From the human T2T-CHM13v2.0 reference genome, Homo sapiens: 64,000 bases of DNA. Below, piece after piece: positions 1 to 13,649 of the stretch (position 1 is the stretch's first letter; every line of letters starts with the position of its first letter). The position numbers and the translations under genes were made by a program. The notes under the pieces were generated by a model. The model worked only from the letters and a program-made list of their open reading frames with translations, did not search any database and was not told the origin of the DNA. The stretch lies in the NCBI RefSeq assembly GCF_009914755.1, contig NC_060929.1. One strand, 5' to 3'.

Positions 1-111
1 GGCTATCACCTTACTAGGCAGAAGGAATTTTTCTCCATTACATTCTTATGAGACCATCTTTGTATACATAGTCCATCACTGACCAAAACGTCTTTATGGG
101 ACAAATGACTG
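1..111 (+). mobile_element. Tigger3/MER7-type DNA transposon 3' end, cut by the window edge
   Basis: Ends in ...gtccatcactgaccaaaacgtctttatgggacaaatgactg, resembling the recalled Tigger3 terminal inverted repeat. Confidence 0.75.
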
Positions 112-766
112 AACATACTTGTGTGTATACACAGACATATATACACACAGATAAGGGCATTGATGGTTTGTTTTGTAAACTTCTTATTAAAAATGAAATA
201 AGTCCATATTGTGACCCATGTAATAATTTTGCTTGCATCTTTTGCATAGATAGTTCCTAGATTAGAAATATTCAAAAGATCAATGTCCAATCACTGGGTT
301 TTTCTGACCGATTGTGCTTCTTTTAAAATAACTGTTAAATATCCAGTAATTTTATAAAGTTCTAAGTCTTGAGGACCAAATATAATTCTAATAGCTGTTA
401 TCAGTTACAAAGTGGCCTCAGATATGTATGCTTCCCTTGTTCCAAAGTTACAGTCATTTTTTAACCCATCTCAGTCGTCAACCAAATACTTCTGATTAAG
501 TACACATAATGAAACTTTTGCCTGAGTGCCAATTTGAAATACAATACAGAATAATAAGATAGCTCTATCTCACACATACACATATGAATACATATATACT
601 ATTCCATAGCATTTGCTTCAGAATGTCCTATTACTCTGATTTAAATACCTGTTTTATTTGGGGTTAGCCTAAAATTATTATTTGATAGGAGTAGTCTAAA
701 TGTATTGCATAGATTACTGCCATTATATAAAGGAAAAAGGAAACCAACCTGTCAGGTGTCATCATT

Positions 767-1225
767 ATGTTAGTTAGTATAATGCTAGCTGCTGTAAAAA
801 AAATCTCTACATTTAAGTGCCTTAATACAACAATTTAATCATTGCCTGCTTTCGATGCTACTAGGTTCTCTGGGTTTCAGCAAAGAGGGAAGATGGTGAA
901 TTCTGCTCTGGAAACTGCCATCTTTAGCACTTGACCTACAAGATGGTTTTATGCATGAACACTCAGCCGATCAAGCAGTGAGGTGAGGGCAGAGGGGGCA
1001 AGTCTACCTCTCATCAGTTTCCGCTTAGGCATGCAACACATCACTTCTGGCTAAATTTCATTACAGCAAACCAGTCATTTAGCTCCACCTCCGTGCAGGG
1101 CTGTGAGGAGGCGAAAGTAGGGGCTGGGAAAAAGTAGTTCCTAGATGATTAGCCATTTCTAAGCAAAGCAATATATATAATCTATGGAAAGGAGTCTGCA
1201 ATTTTTGATAGTCAGATTATGCCAT
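767..1225 (-). mobile_element. Old MaLR LTR (MLT1J/K-like)
   Basis: tgttagttag...ctagctgctgtaa start, cacatcacttctg and gggctgggaaa motifs typical of old MLT1 LTRs; highly diverged. Confidence 0.6.
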
Positions 1226-1547
1226 CATCTTCTCTCCTTTTGAAAATGATCCTAACATCCCTTTCTTTTTGTGCCTAGAACAGACTCAAGCTCGCTCAAA
1301 ATCCTGTCCAGTGCCTTCATCGTGCACACGTTCTAGGCTCTCCAGACACATCTGTCAGTTTCTGAGGAGTTTTTCTGTGATCCAGTAAACTTTGAACTAA
1401 AACACATGTCCCACAAGAAGGCAAAAGGAGAAAGTGAAAATTTTGAATCAAAAAGAGAAACATGGCAGACATATAAACTTTTTCATCTACGAATCCATCT
1501 ATGGATCACACAGTAAAACCCTCTCTCCTGAAGAGGAAAAAAGTCTT

Positions 1548-1815
1548 ATTTATTTATTTAATTGACCCATACTAATTGTATATATTTATAATGTACAACA
1601 GCCTTTCCAAATATGTATACATTATGAATGGCTAAATCAAACTAACTAACCTATCCATTACCTCACACATTTATTTTCCTTATGGTAAGTACACGTAAAT
1701 TCTACTTGTTAGCACTTGTTAAATATGCAATCTATTGTTAGTTCTTTTTTTAACATACACCCCAGAAAGGTAAATATATTGGTATTAACTATAATCACCA
1801 CGATCTCTTAATTCT
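1548..1815 (-). mobile_element. L1MA-type 3' end fragment
   Basis: T-rich tail, then attgtatatatttataatgtacaaca...gctaaatcaaactaactaac...cattacctcacac, an antisense L1MA 3' UTR. Confidence 0.75.
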
Positions 1816-2204
1816 GCTAACTGGGAGAAACCCCACTATTCATTGTTGTTCATGGCTCCTGTATCCCAGCACGGACAACTTTCTTGTAGATTATTTCCCA
1901 TAACCATATCTCAAGTGAGAATTACCAAGGTAAGCTTTCAGAGACTAATTTCTACTTACTCAATTTGAGGACCTGTACATTATTTAAATACTTCCACAGT
2001 AAATGATGATTTTAAGTAAGATATTTCACTGGCAATATGTAATTTATATGCATGGGGATCGTATTCATTTGTTTCTCATCTGTTTCGTGTGTCTTTAACC
2101 ATATCCAAATATATTTCTTTAATATAATAATTAGAACTGATGTATTTGCCACCTTGCTCCAATACCTTACATTCTTAAGTTAGTGAAAGCTAATTTGAAG
2201 CCTA

Positions 2205-2262
2205 AAAACAAAGCAAAACAAAAACTCAAAAAAAAAAAAACCCCAAAAAAAAAACAAAAAAA
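2205..2262. repeat. A-rich low-complexity tract
   Basis: Interrupted A runs seen directly. Confidence 0.8.
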
Positions 2263-3820
2263 GGTTGTATGGAAAAGCAGTAAACTTAGTTTCAACTTTG
2301 GACAGGGATAAATTCTTATAGATGACTGGGAATGCTCAATAGAACTTTATTGCTCAAAGGTGTTTTTAGAATCTTAGCTCAGACTGTTTGGGATCTACAA
2401 GGTTTGCCTTTTCAAACCTTTCAGTTTTCAAACTTTGAAATCTTTCTAGCTCATTTCAAGTCCACTCTTGAATCAAACAATTATTTCTTGAGTTTTCCTC
2501 TTTCTTCTATAGATATTTCAGTTGAAATGCAATATAATATATTTATGAAAAACTTTATGATTCCCAAAATTGAGTCAGATGAGAAATAAAATGCAGCATC
2601 AGGTCAATAGAAATGGATGTGGCTCTATAATCAAAGCAGTTACAATAATAATTTTAAAATTCCTTAACAAAAGCAAAGCAAATATGTATTTTAAAGTTGG
2701 AATGAAGACAGCTATTTACTTTGGTAAATGTAGAAGTTCATCTTAAAATTGTCAGTAAAGATAGTTTGATGGAAATGGGTCCAAGGAAGTAATGAGGTAG
2801 CAGAGTGTGACACAAAACACCAAGATCTCCAGTTCCCTGTGAGAAGTACTTTCAGTACAGACCAGATGCCAAACTGAGTGAAGAGGAAGAAAGAAGGCTG
2901 AAGGATTATCATGTACCACTTTGCATTTCTCTGTTGTATTCATCATTATTAATATACTGCGCAGCCGGTTGCTATCACTAAGTGGTTCAAAATATCAACA
3001 CGCTATAAAATAAAAAAAAAATCCAGCATATTTCCTGCATTATATTAACATCACCCCCTATTCACCATGTGTATAGGAGAGAATTTGCATAAAATAAACA
3101 CGTTTTAGCAGAACAGAATGCAAAAGCTTTCAGAATGCAGCAAGTAACAATCAGCATTCTACTAACATTGTGTTTCCAATGCTTCCCTAGCTACAGGCAC
3201 TGTGAAAACTACATCTGTCTTCTGAATTATCGCAGGAAACAGTTCTACCAGTTGCACAACAAGGGTATTCATTTCCCAAGCCTTTGATAAATATGTCTTT
3301 GTCACCTGCTGTGTGTAGTGGTAAGCACTTCTGATAACAATTTCTATGTTAGGAAAAATAACACAGATAGCTATTACCAAGTCCAAATTTTCAGTGGATT
3401 AACATTTATACATGAATTTATTATTATTTTAAAAATTCAAAGTAAATGTTTTAGATTAATATGAGGGTAAATAATTTCTGCTTTTCAAATTTATGTAGGG
3501 AGCTAAGCTGAAGGATGCCCTGTCAGCTTAGTACATGATTTTCAAAGTTGACTTGGTATAAATATTCAGCTTCCAGAAGGACCAGACAAAACGCAAAGGA
3601 ACATTTTTTAACCACTTCAGCCTCAAAGTGAACGTTCATCTTTTTCATTCAAGGAGTGGTCATATAATCCTATTCACACTGAAATGGGGCTAGGAGGTGC
3701 AGTCTCTTGCAAGACAGCTACTTCCCAAACCACATTTATATACAATGAAGCAAGGTAAACCATTCCTCTTGTGTCTTTTTTTTTTAATCAAAATCAACTG
3801 ACTCTCCTGCAATCGTCCTT

Positions 3821-4297
3821 GATACCTGCATTATTATCTCAGCACTACTCACAATAGGAGAGATATGGAATCAATCTAAGTGTCCACCAATGAAGAACTG
3901 GAATTTTAAAAATGTGGTATATGTGTACACCATGGAAAGCTATTCAGCAATAAAAAGAATGAAATCATACTTTTTGCAGCAACATGGACAAACTGGAGTT
4001 CATTATTTTAAGTGGAATAACTGAAAAACAGAAAGTCAAATACTAGATATTCTCACTTATAAGTAGGAGCTAAATCATATGTACACATGAACATAGGAAG
4101 TGGAATAATAGACATTGGAGACTCAGAAAGGTAGGATGGTGGGAGAGAGGTCAGGGATGACCAATCACCTATTGGATACAATGTACACCATTTGAGTGAT
4201 GGTTACACTAAAAGCACAGATGTCACTATGTAATACAGCCATGTAAAAAAAACTGTGCTTGTACCCCCAAATCTATAAAAATAAAAATAAAAATAAA
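3821..4297 (+). mobile_element. L1PB4/L1MA1-type 3' end with A tail
   Basis: ORF2 C-terminal remnant and 3' UTR: ttctcacttataagtaggagctaa...tgtacccccaaatctataaaaataaaa. Confidence 0.85.
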
Positions 4298-4566
4298 CAT
4301 GCAGAAAACTCTATAAAATTTAACATCTATTTATGCTAAAATCTGCCAGCAACATAGAAATAGAGATAGAAGAAAGATTCATTAATCAAATAAGTGGTAT
4401 CTATTCACAATCTACACCTAACAATTGGGTCCCAGCACACTGGAACAATTAGATGTCCATATGTAAAAATATGCACTGCAACACATGAGTCACATCTTAT
4501 TAACATTAACTAGAAATGGATAACATAATTAAATATAAAATGTAAAGCTATAACAAAAATGTACAG

Positions 4567-4860
<294 letters not shown>

Positions 4861-4899
<39 letters not shown>

Positions 4900-4917
4900 T
4901 AGAGAGAGAGAGAGAGA
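4861..4917. repeat. (TG)n(AG)n compound microsatellite at the Alu tail
   Basis: Seen directly. Confidence 0.95.
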
Positions 4918-5539
4918 ACATCTGTGTGATCTTTGGTTTAACAGTTTTTGAAATACATTAAAAATATAATCCATAAATAAAGTGATAAATTGGAGGACTT
5001 CAACAAAAGTAAAACTTTTACTCTGAAGAAGACACTATTAATAAAAAGACAAGATTTAGGAGAAATTATTTTTCCATTACATATCTGAAAAAGGACTTAT
5101 ATCCAAAATATACCAAGTACTCTTAAAACCCGACAATAAGAAAACAAGCAACCCAATTAAACAAATGAGCAAAAGACTTGAACAGAAAAAAATTCTCAAA
5201 GAAGATATATGGATAATGAATAAACCGATAAAAAAGATGCTCAACATTATTTGCTATCTGGGAAATCCACATTAAAAGCATAGCAATCTACTCCTGCTCA
5301 CCAGCCAGAGTGGCTAAAATACAGATAATTGACTATAAGCAATCCCAGTAAGGTTATGGAACAGGAACACTCATTCATTATGGATGCAAATTCAAAATAC
5401 TATAGTCAGTTTAGAAGACAGTTTGGCATTTTCTTATAAAGAGAAATATAAATATACCATAGAAAACCGTAATCTCATTCGTAGTTATTTACCAAGTGAA
5501 TTAAATACATATGCTTATGCCAAAATATGTACATGGATT

Positions 5540-6201
5540 TGTGAAACAGGTTCACTTATTACCAATTACAATAAGGAACTTCCACCGCATCGAGGATAGC
5601 AAAGTGCATCACCTGCTAACTACCAGAAAAAGGAGTCCATACATACACTTCAGCCCACTGCGTCTTTAGCTGTACTTTTACTATTTTCCTGAGTCTGGTG
5701 ATACAGAATACTCACACACATCACAAGTTGCATAAAGCAGGATTATTACTTACAGATAAGCAGCAAGGGACAATGGAAGCCTAGGATTCATAACCAGCCC
5801 GTCTCCTAAGGCTCAGAAAAGCTGGCCAGGGTGGATGGAATTTTGTTTGATCATGCCCCACTTGCACTGCAGCTGAGAAACCCCAAAACCAGTCCACTCT
5901 GGGTTTGATGCCCCAAGGGAAATGAGAATCTCTGGAATAAAGCATTGTAGAAGATTTTGCTCTAGGAGGGACAATAGCAATGCCTGGGCTGGCCTGAGCA
6001 GTTTGCTGTCTCAAGAAGTTGCATTTCCTAAGAATGAAAGAACCAAAGCCTAGGCTATTTTGGACAGGATTTTTTGTTTTGCTTTGTTTTGTTTTTTATT
6101 TCCTATCTCAGGATGTTGCCTTCTGCAATTTTTCTGAGTACTACGGGCAAAAAAAGGGGAAAAATCTGGGTCAGCAAAGGCCATCCAAGGACCATCCTGT
6201 G
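5540..6201 (-). mobile_element. ERVL solo LTR, MER76/LTR47-like
   Basis: tgtgaaacaggttcact start, attacttacagataagcagcaagggacaa...gaagcctaggattcat; L1 host resumes on both sides; possible TSD ggatt/ggatg. Confidence 0.7.
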
Positions 6202-7131
6202 GGATGTTGAGAGCTTCTTTATTCATAATCACTAAAAACTAGAAGCAACCAGGATATCCTTCATCACAGAAATGAACAAACTGCAATATATCCATGCAAT
6301 GGAATACTATGTATGTATAAATAGAAATTAATTAGTGATACACACAACAACATAGACGAATCTTTAATGTATTTTACTGAGGGAAAGAAGTCAGGACCAA
6401 AACGTTATGTATTGTATGATTCCATTCATAGTATATTCTGGAAAAGGCAAAACTCTACGAATGAAAAACAAATTTGTGGTTTTCAGTAGATGGGTATGGG
6501 GAATGGTTGACCACAAAGGATGAAAAAAACTTTTTAAGTTGGAGGAACTGTTATGCGGTGTTGGGATTGTGGATACATGACTGTGCATTTGTGAAAACCC
6601 ATTGATTTGTACATAACAAAGAGGAAATTTTCATGTGTGCAAACCAAAAACGAAAACAGAATACCCAAACAAACCACAATCATGTACACAGAAACTCGAC
6701 CAGAAGGTTGAGGGATAATACAAATTCTTTTATAAATGTATCAGATAAGAAGACTAAAGAGTGGAAGGTAAAAACTCATGTGTGAGGAAATGACCTATGT
6801 AACTATGGAAAATGCTGTTTTCGCTAGAAACCATAAGGCTAATGACAAACAAACTGAACATAAGTGCTGTACTCTAGTTGATATATATTTTTTTCTCATA
6901 GAGATACAGGTTACAAATTTTAAAACTTTGTTAAATTAATATAAGATTTAAACAAATAAATAAATGGATGGTAGATTGTGGGAGCCAGAATTCTTATTAT
7001 CAGAAAAGAAGGTTATAATCAATAAGGGAAGGTTGGAATAAACCCCATCATACTGAATTTAAGTTGGAGGCATCCGTATGAGTTCACATTTAGCTTAGTA
7101 GTAGTATAATTAGACAGGTAAAAACACAATT

Positions 7132-7132
7132 T

Positions 7133-7182
<50 letters not shown>

Positions 7183-7281
7183 TATACATATATACATATA
7201 TACATATATACATATATATACACATATATACATATATACATATATATATACGTATATACATATATATATACGTATATATAT
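7132..7281. repeat. (TA)n/(TATACA)n/(TG)n microsatellite
   Basis: Seen directly. Confidence 0.95.
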
Positions 7282-7791
7282 ATGTTATAACAGTTTCCTA
7301 TTGCTAACGTGGCAAACACCACAAACTTAGTAGCTTAAAACAACACAAACTTTTTGTCCTAAAGTCCTGAAAGATCAGAGGTTGTAAATTGGTTTTGTAG
7401 TGCTAAAACTAAGGTGTCATTAAGACTGTGTTCCTTCTGGAGGCATTGGAGTAGGATCGTCTTTCATTTTCTAGCTTCTAGAGTCTCCTTACGTTCCTTG
7501 GCACACAGTCTCTTTCATCTTCAAAGCCAGCAATGATAGCTGGAGTTTTTCTCACACTACATCACTCTGACACTGACTTTCTTGCTTCCCTCTCTCCCTT
7601 ATGGGGATCCGTGTGATTATACAGGGCTCACCCGGATAATTCAGGTTAATCTCCTCATCTCACAATCAGGTAATCAGCAGCCCCAATTCTGTGTACAACC
7701 TTAATCCCTCCTTGACTTACAACATAACAAGTTCAAGACTCTGGCAGTTAGAATGTGGAAAATTTTGAGATATCATTTTTCTTTCTACTCT
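7282..7791 (-). mobile_element. MLT1D-like MaLR solo LTR
   Basis: agtttcctattgct...cacaaacttagtagcttaaaacaacac...catcttcaaagccagcaa...cacccggataattcagg. Confidence 0.8.
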
Positions 7792-8885
7792 GTGTGTATA
7801 CATGAGTTAATATATATTAATAAATTATTGTCTATAAGAAATGACATTCCAGTAGCAACAAACACACCACGTACCCAGATCTTGGTTTCTAAATATCTGA
7901 AAGACATGCAAAAGTTTTAGCTAAAATGATTTAAGCAAAAAAATAAATAACAGAGTAATCAATATAATCCAAAATATAAAATAAATATACAATAACCCAT
8001 ATCGAGAAAATAAAATATTGAATAGGTAAAGAAGAGAAAACTATTTTTTACAGAATATCCCAAATAAAATAGCCATATACAGACATTCTCCTCTACCAAG
8101 AGAGAAACATGATTTCCCCATACTTTCCTTGGGGTAAACTGGACTAAGTAACTCTAGGCCAAAGAACAGCCTGGATATAAGAAGGAAAACAGTAAATGTA
8201 AAGTGAAGGAACTTGCCAAACACTCTCTTAATCTAATGACCAAAGTTAAAATGACTGTTGATGCCATGTAGATATCAGGTAACTCCTGAAAAAATGTAAT
8301 AAGAGAAGACTTCACCTCTGTGATACTCTTTTCTGAAACCTATAACCTACGTCTATTATTGAGGAATGAAAAATCATTTAAATACAAATTGAGGGATATC
8401 CTACAAAATACCTGACTTGTAATTTTTAAAAGTGACATTGTCATGAGAAACAAAGACAGAGATTCTTACAGACCAAGAAAATAAGGAGACATGACAACTA
8501 GTTGCAATATGGTATCCTTAATGGGTTTCAGGAACAGTAAAAAACAAAACCAAAAACAAAACCAAAAAAAGTTAAAAAACTAGTGAAATCTGAACACAAT
8601 ATGAAGTTTTGTTTTTAAAAAAATTTCATACTCTCTTGAATTTCTGTAAGCAAAAATGTGTGTTTGATATGAAAATTTCAATAATAGAATGATCTAGAGA
8701 AGATAGGAAAATATATAAATAATTTTTTAAAATTTGGAAGACAGGTAATAACTGGAGCTATAACAGACAATAGCAAATTTTTAGAGTCCATGTAAAAATC
8801 AAGTGTAAGCAAAAACAAAAAGATGCATAAATTAATACATTAGAATAGAACATACAGAAAAGAAATCAAGCGTGTAAGATTTGAT

Positions 8886-9121
8886 TGTCTTGGTTTGTTT
8901 TTTGCTGATGTAACAGAATACCTGAGACTGGGTAATATATAAGGACAGACATTCATTTTCTCATAGTTCTGGAATCTGGGAAGTCCAAGATCAAAATGCT
9001 GTCATCTGGCAAAGGCCTCATGAGAGTCCCCATGGCCTGCTTACCTCTTAAAGGTCCTCTTAATACTTATAATCAACTAAATTTCAACATGAGTTTTGGA
9101 GTGAATATTTAAACCATAGCA
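8886..9121 (-). mobile_element. MST-type MaLR LTR with internal deletion
   Basis: aacagaatacctgagactgggtaat...gggaagtccaagatc...aaatttcaacatgagttttggag...aaaccatagca. Confidence 0.8.
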
Positions 9122-10006
9122 ATTATTATAATTATAGTACTTGTCAAGAAGGAATGTATGCATTATTTATAAAAGTTTGAGAAAAAATGACTATTAACTT
9201 CAAAATTACTGGCTTGATTTATATCTCAATTAACATAACTATAGTATAAGTTGTTTCTAAAATCTAGAAAATAAAACCATGTGCAAGTTAAAATTTCTAT
9301 TTAAAATTGCTAGCTAATTTGTGTTAAACCACTTCATAAACACTACTCTTAAGGGTAAGAATTGTGAAGTCCAAGGCTGACAGTTGAGAGCAAAAAATGA
9401 CATATTCTTGTGAACTAAATATTGAAGTTAAAAATGAGAAACACTGTTATCAATCTAGAACAATATTTGCAATTGTTCTGTAAAACAGAGAAGGGTGAAA
9501 TAACTGTATTATGAACAAAGCTGCCAAATCATTAAACACTTCTTTTTCCAGTGTGTCTAAAGATATGATAGACAATCTACTTGAGAAAAAACGAAAATGT
9601 CAAGCATTTAAAATGATTTCAGTCCTGTTTCTAATAAGCTTAATTCATTACAAAATAATATTGTCTGCAGATTGGCAGAAATCTAAAGAGTAATGCTGCT
9701 CCTTCACCGTTTAGGGTGGAATATATGAGGAAAGGTCATTCTCTTTTGTTGCTGTAGGAAATAATTGGTAGAAACATTTTTTTTTTCCTTTTTCTTCAGC
9801 TTTATTGAGGTATAATTGGCAAATAAACACTGTATTTATTTACGGTATGCAGCATGATATTTTGATAGACAGGTACATTGTGAAATGATTACCACAGTCG
9901 AGCTAATTAGCACATCCATTATCTCACATCATTACCTTTCTTTGTGAGAATGTGGAGATTTGATATCTTAGGAAACATCAAGAGTATAACACAATGCTGT
10001 TAACTA

Positions 10007-10338
10007 TAGTAGTCCCTCTTTATCCACTGGCAATATGGTCCAAGACACTTGGTGCATGCTTGAAACCACGGAGAGTACTGAATCCTAACCATGCTAGGTT
10101 TTTTTCTTATATATGTATACCTGTGACAAAGTTTAATTTATAAATTAGGGAGACTATGACATTAAAAACAGTATAATCATAAAATAGAACAATTATATGC
10201 TATAATAAAAGTTATGTGAATGTAGTCTCTCTCTTTCAAAATCCTTTTTTGCACTGTACTCACCTATTTTCTGACTACAGTTGACTACAGGCGACTGAAA
10301 CTGCAGACAGGAAAACCATGGATAAGAAGAGACTAATG
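10007..10338 (-). mobile_element. MER44A (Tigger7-derived MITE)
   Basis: Imperfect TIRs tagtagtccctctttatcc / ggataagaagagactaatg, TA target site, internal aaagtttaatttataaattagg. Confidence 0.85.
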
Positions 10339-10639
10339 TGTAGTCACCAGGCTGTACATTCAGTATCCAGAATTTATTCATCTTATAACTGAAATTTGGT
10401 ACCCTTTGACCAGCATCTCCCCTTTTCCCAAGTCCTCCCCCACCTGTGATAAACACCCTTCTACTCTCTGTTGGTATGTGTTGAAATTTTTTACATTCCT
10501 CATATAAGGGAGATAATTCAGTATTTGTTTTTCTGTGTCTGGCTTATTTCACTTAGCTTAATGATCTCCACGTTCATCCGTGGTATCACGAATGGCAAGA
10601 TTTCCTTCTTTCTGAAGGCTGAATAATATTCCATTGTAT

Positions 10640-11236
10640 TGTGAAAAGACATAAAAGAGAAAGTAGAACTAATCAACCCAGGCCTGTTCTAAATCTCAGT
10701 TCTGGCCCAGGGATGTGCAGAGGTGCAAAGGCAGCTATGGTAGCTAGGACTGCATGCTGTAATCTCCCATAAATAGAAAGCTGTAACCTCAGGGTCTATA
10801 AGCAAAAGCTGACCCCTTGCCTATGTAATTGAAGTATGTTAAATATTTCATTGACAAGTACTGGTATTAACCTTGTTTATTGAATGTAGAACAAGGTAGA
10901 ATGAAATCAATTATCCTCCCACCAGACTCTTAAGATGCCTACACAATTATTAATCTTTTCCTCCTACCCACTCAACCACATATTTGTTCTATGTATAAAT
11001 ATCACTGGACACTAATCAAATTTGCAAAAATGTAACATGTGCTTTGCTGCCCATCCTCTGTATTGTGTATTGTACTTATCCCTTTGCCAAAAAACAAAAA
11101 CTATATAAGTATTGTGTTTCATGTAATCGACACAGGCTACTGTAATCTTGGCTTCCTGGGTGCGCATCCTCAAGCTCCATCTTAATAAACCTCATTAGGT
11201 TGAGATTCCTGTATCAGTCTCTCATTTAGATTGATG
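10640..11236 (+). mobile_element. ERV1 (MER4-group) solo LTR, subfamily uncertain
   Basis: TG start, TATA-like ctatataag, aataaa near the 3' end, gcgcatcctcaagct motif, near-TSD gtat/gtac, clean interruption of the L1. Confidence 0.7.
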
Positions 11237-11580
11237 GTACATACATATCACATTTTCTTTATCCATTTTTCTGTCAACAGACACTTAGATTGTTTGTTTC
11301 CATACCTTGGCTATTGTGAATAACATGGCCGTGAACATGGGAATGCAGATATCTCTGTAAGACAGCAATTCTATATACTTTGGATATATAGCCAGAATGG
11401 GATTGCTGGATCATGTGGTAATTCTATTTTTAATTTTAATATGAACCTCCATACTGTTTTTCTTAATGACTATACCAATTTGCATTTCCACCAACAAGGT
11501 ATAAGTGTTCTTTATTCTCATCTTCATTGATACTTGTTATCTTTTGACTTTTTTATAGTAGCATTACAGACTTTCTTAAA

Positions 11581-11755
11581 TGGGAGGATGGGAGTAGGGT
11601 TAGGGTGAAAATAATTGCCTATAGGGTACAATGTTCACTATTTGAGTGATAAGTTCACTAGAAGCCCAAACATCACCATTATGCAAAATGTCCATGTAAC
11701 AAACTTGGACATATACCCCCTAAATCTAAAATAAAAAAATAAAAATAAAGAAAGA
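11581..11755 (+). mobile_element. L1PB-type 3' UTR end with A tail
   Basis: gggtacaatgttcactatttgagtgat...catgtaacaaac...taaatctaaaataaaa. Confidence 0.8.
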
Positions 11756-12087
11756 AAATGTACAAGTAGATACAAAAACCTTTGAAAACATAAAATAATG
11801 AATGCATTTAACCTAGGAACTTAGATTAAGGAAATGATTGGAAAATTCTAGGCAAAAAACAAGTGTGTATGCAAATTATATTGGTTAGGCTAGGTTGTAA
11901 TGAGAAAGTGGCTGAATACCATGCAGTCATTACGAGAATGGTTGATATGAATGAATGATTTGGTTCATTCACTTGCTCCATGTAGATTGCTTTTGTCCCA
12001 AAATTTTTGCTAACTCATTGTAACCTATAATATTCTTTTATAAAGCAGCAGTAATTGGAGTGAATGTTGATGACTGTACACTTCTTT

Positions 12088-13591
12088 CTTTTTTAACTTT
12101 TATTTTAGGTTTGGGGGTACATGTATATTTACATATGTAAATATGTGTCATGGTGGATTGTTGAACATATTATTTCATCACCCACGTCTTAAGTCCAGTA
12201 CTCAATAGGTATCTTTTCTGCTCCTTTCCTTCCCACTACCCTCCATCCTCAAGTAGAGCCCAGTATCTGTTGCTTCCTTCGTGTTCTTATCATTTAGCTC
12301 CCACTTATAAGTGAAAACATGTGGTATTAGGTTTTATGTTCTTGCATTCATTTGCTAAGGATGATAGCCTCCAGCTCCATCCATGTTCCCACAAATGACA
12401 TTATCTCATTGGTTTTTATGGCAGCATAATATTTCATGGGGTATATGCACCACATTTTATTTGTCCAATCGGTCATTGATGGGCATTTAGGTTGATGCCA
12501 TGTCTTTGCTATTGTCAATAGTGCCGCAATCAACACCTGTGTGCATGTGTTTTTATGGTAGAATGCTTTATATTTTCTGAGTATATACCAGGTAATGAGA
12601 TTGATGGGTTGAATGCAGTTCTGCTTTTAGCTCTTTTAGGAATCACCATACTTCTTTGCACAATGGTTGAACTAATTTACACTCCCACCAACAGTGTATA
12701 AGTGTTCCCCTTTCTCTTCAACATCACCAGCATCTGTTATTTTTGTGACTTTTAAATAATAGCCATTCTTACTGGTGTGAGATGGTATCTCATTATAGTT
12801 TTTATTTGTAATTCTCTAATGATCAGTGATACTGAGCTTTTTTTCGTAGGCTTGTTGGCCCGATGTATGTCTTCTTCTGAGAAGTGCTTGTTTATGTCCT
12901 TTGCTCACTTTTTAATGGGGTTGGCTTTCTCTTGTAAATTTAAGTTTCTTATATATGTTGAATGTTAGAACTTTATCAGATGCATAGTTTGCAAATATTT
13001 GCTCCTATTCTGTAGATTGTTTACTCTGTTGATAGTTTATTTTACTGTGCAGAAGCTCTTAAGTTTAATTAGATCCCACTTGTCAATTTTTGCTTTTGTT
13101 GTAATTGCTTATAGTGTCTTTGTCATGAAATTTTTGCCATTTCCTATGTCCAGGAAGGTTTTGCCTAGGTTGTCATCCAGGGTTTTTATAGTTTGGGGTT
13201 TTACATGTAATTCTTTAATCCATTGTGAATTGATTTTTGCGTCTGGTGTAAGGAAGTGGTCCACCTTTAATCTTCTGCATATAGTTAGACAGTTATCCCT
13301 GCAGCATTGCTTGAATAGGGAGTCTTTTCTCTATTGCTTCTTTACGTCATCTTTGTTGAAGGTCAGATGATTGTAGATGTGTGGCCTTATTTCTGGGCTC
13401 CCTATTTTTTCCATTTGTCTGTGAGCCTGTTACACAGGACTAGAAAAAACTATTTTAAAATTCATATGAAACCAACAATGAGACAAAATAGCCAAGACAA
13501 TCGTAAGCAAAAAGAAAAAATCTGGAAACATCACATTACCTGACTTCAAACTATACTACAAGGTTACAGTAACCAAAACAGCATGGTACTG
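12088..13591 (-). mobile_element. L1PA15/16-like insertion with 5' inversion (13431-13591 on +)
   Basis: Antisense 3' UTR and ORF2, strand switch near 13430, TSD tgtacacttcttt / tgtatacttcttt. Confidence 0.88.
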
Positions 13592-13649
13592 AGACATGTA
13601 TACTTCTTTTGGTTAACAACATGTATTAATTCCCTACAGCTATCATGCA

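Larger units (their letters stand above)
1226..2510 (-). mobile_element. Probable MLT1 internal sequence, interrupted by an L1 fragment and an A-rich tract
   Basis: Abuts the LTR; diverged resemblance to MLT-int, e.g. gatccagtaaactttgaactaaaa. Confidence 0.4.
9781..11570 (-). mobile_element. L1MA9-like 3' portion hosting MER44A and an ERV1 LTR
   Basis: cagctttattgaggtataattg tail end; collinear continuation after each nested insert. Confidence 0.8.

Noticed and set aside
3191-3320. Possible exon (ttccctag acceptor, tg/gtaagc donor)
   Set aside because: Stops in all three frames and no partner exons; a non-coding exon cannot be supported from sequence alone.
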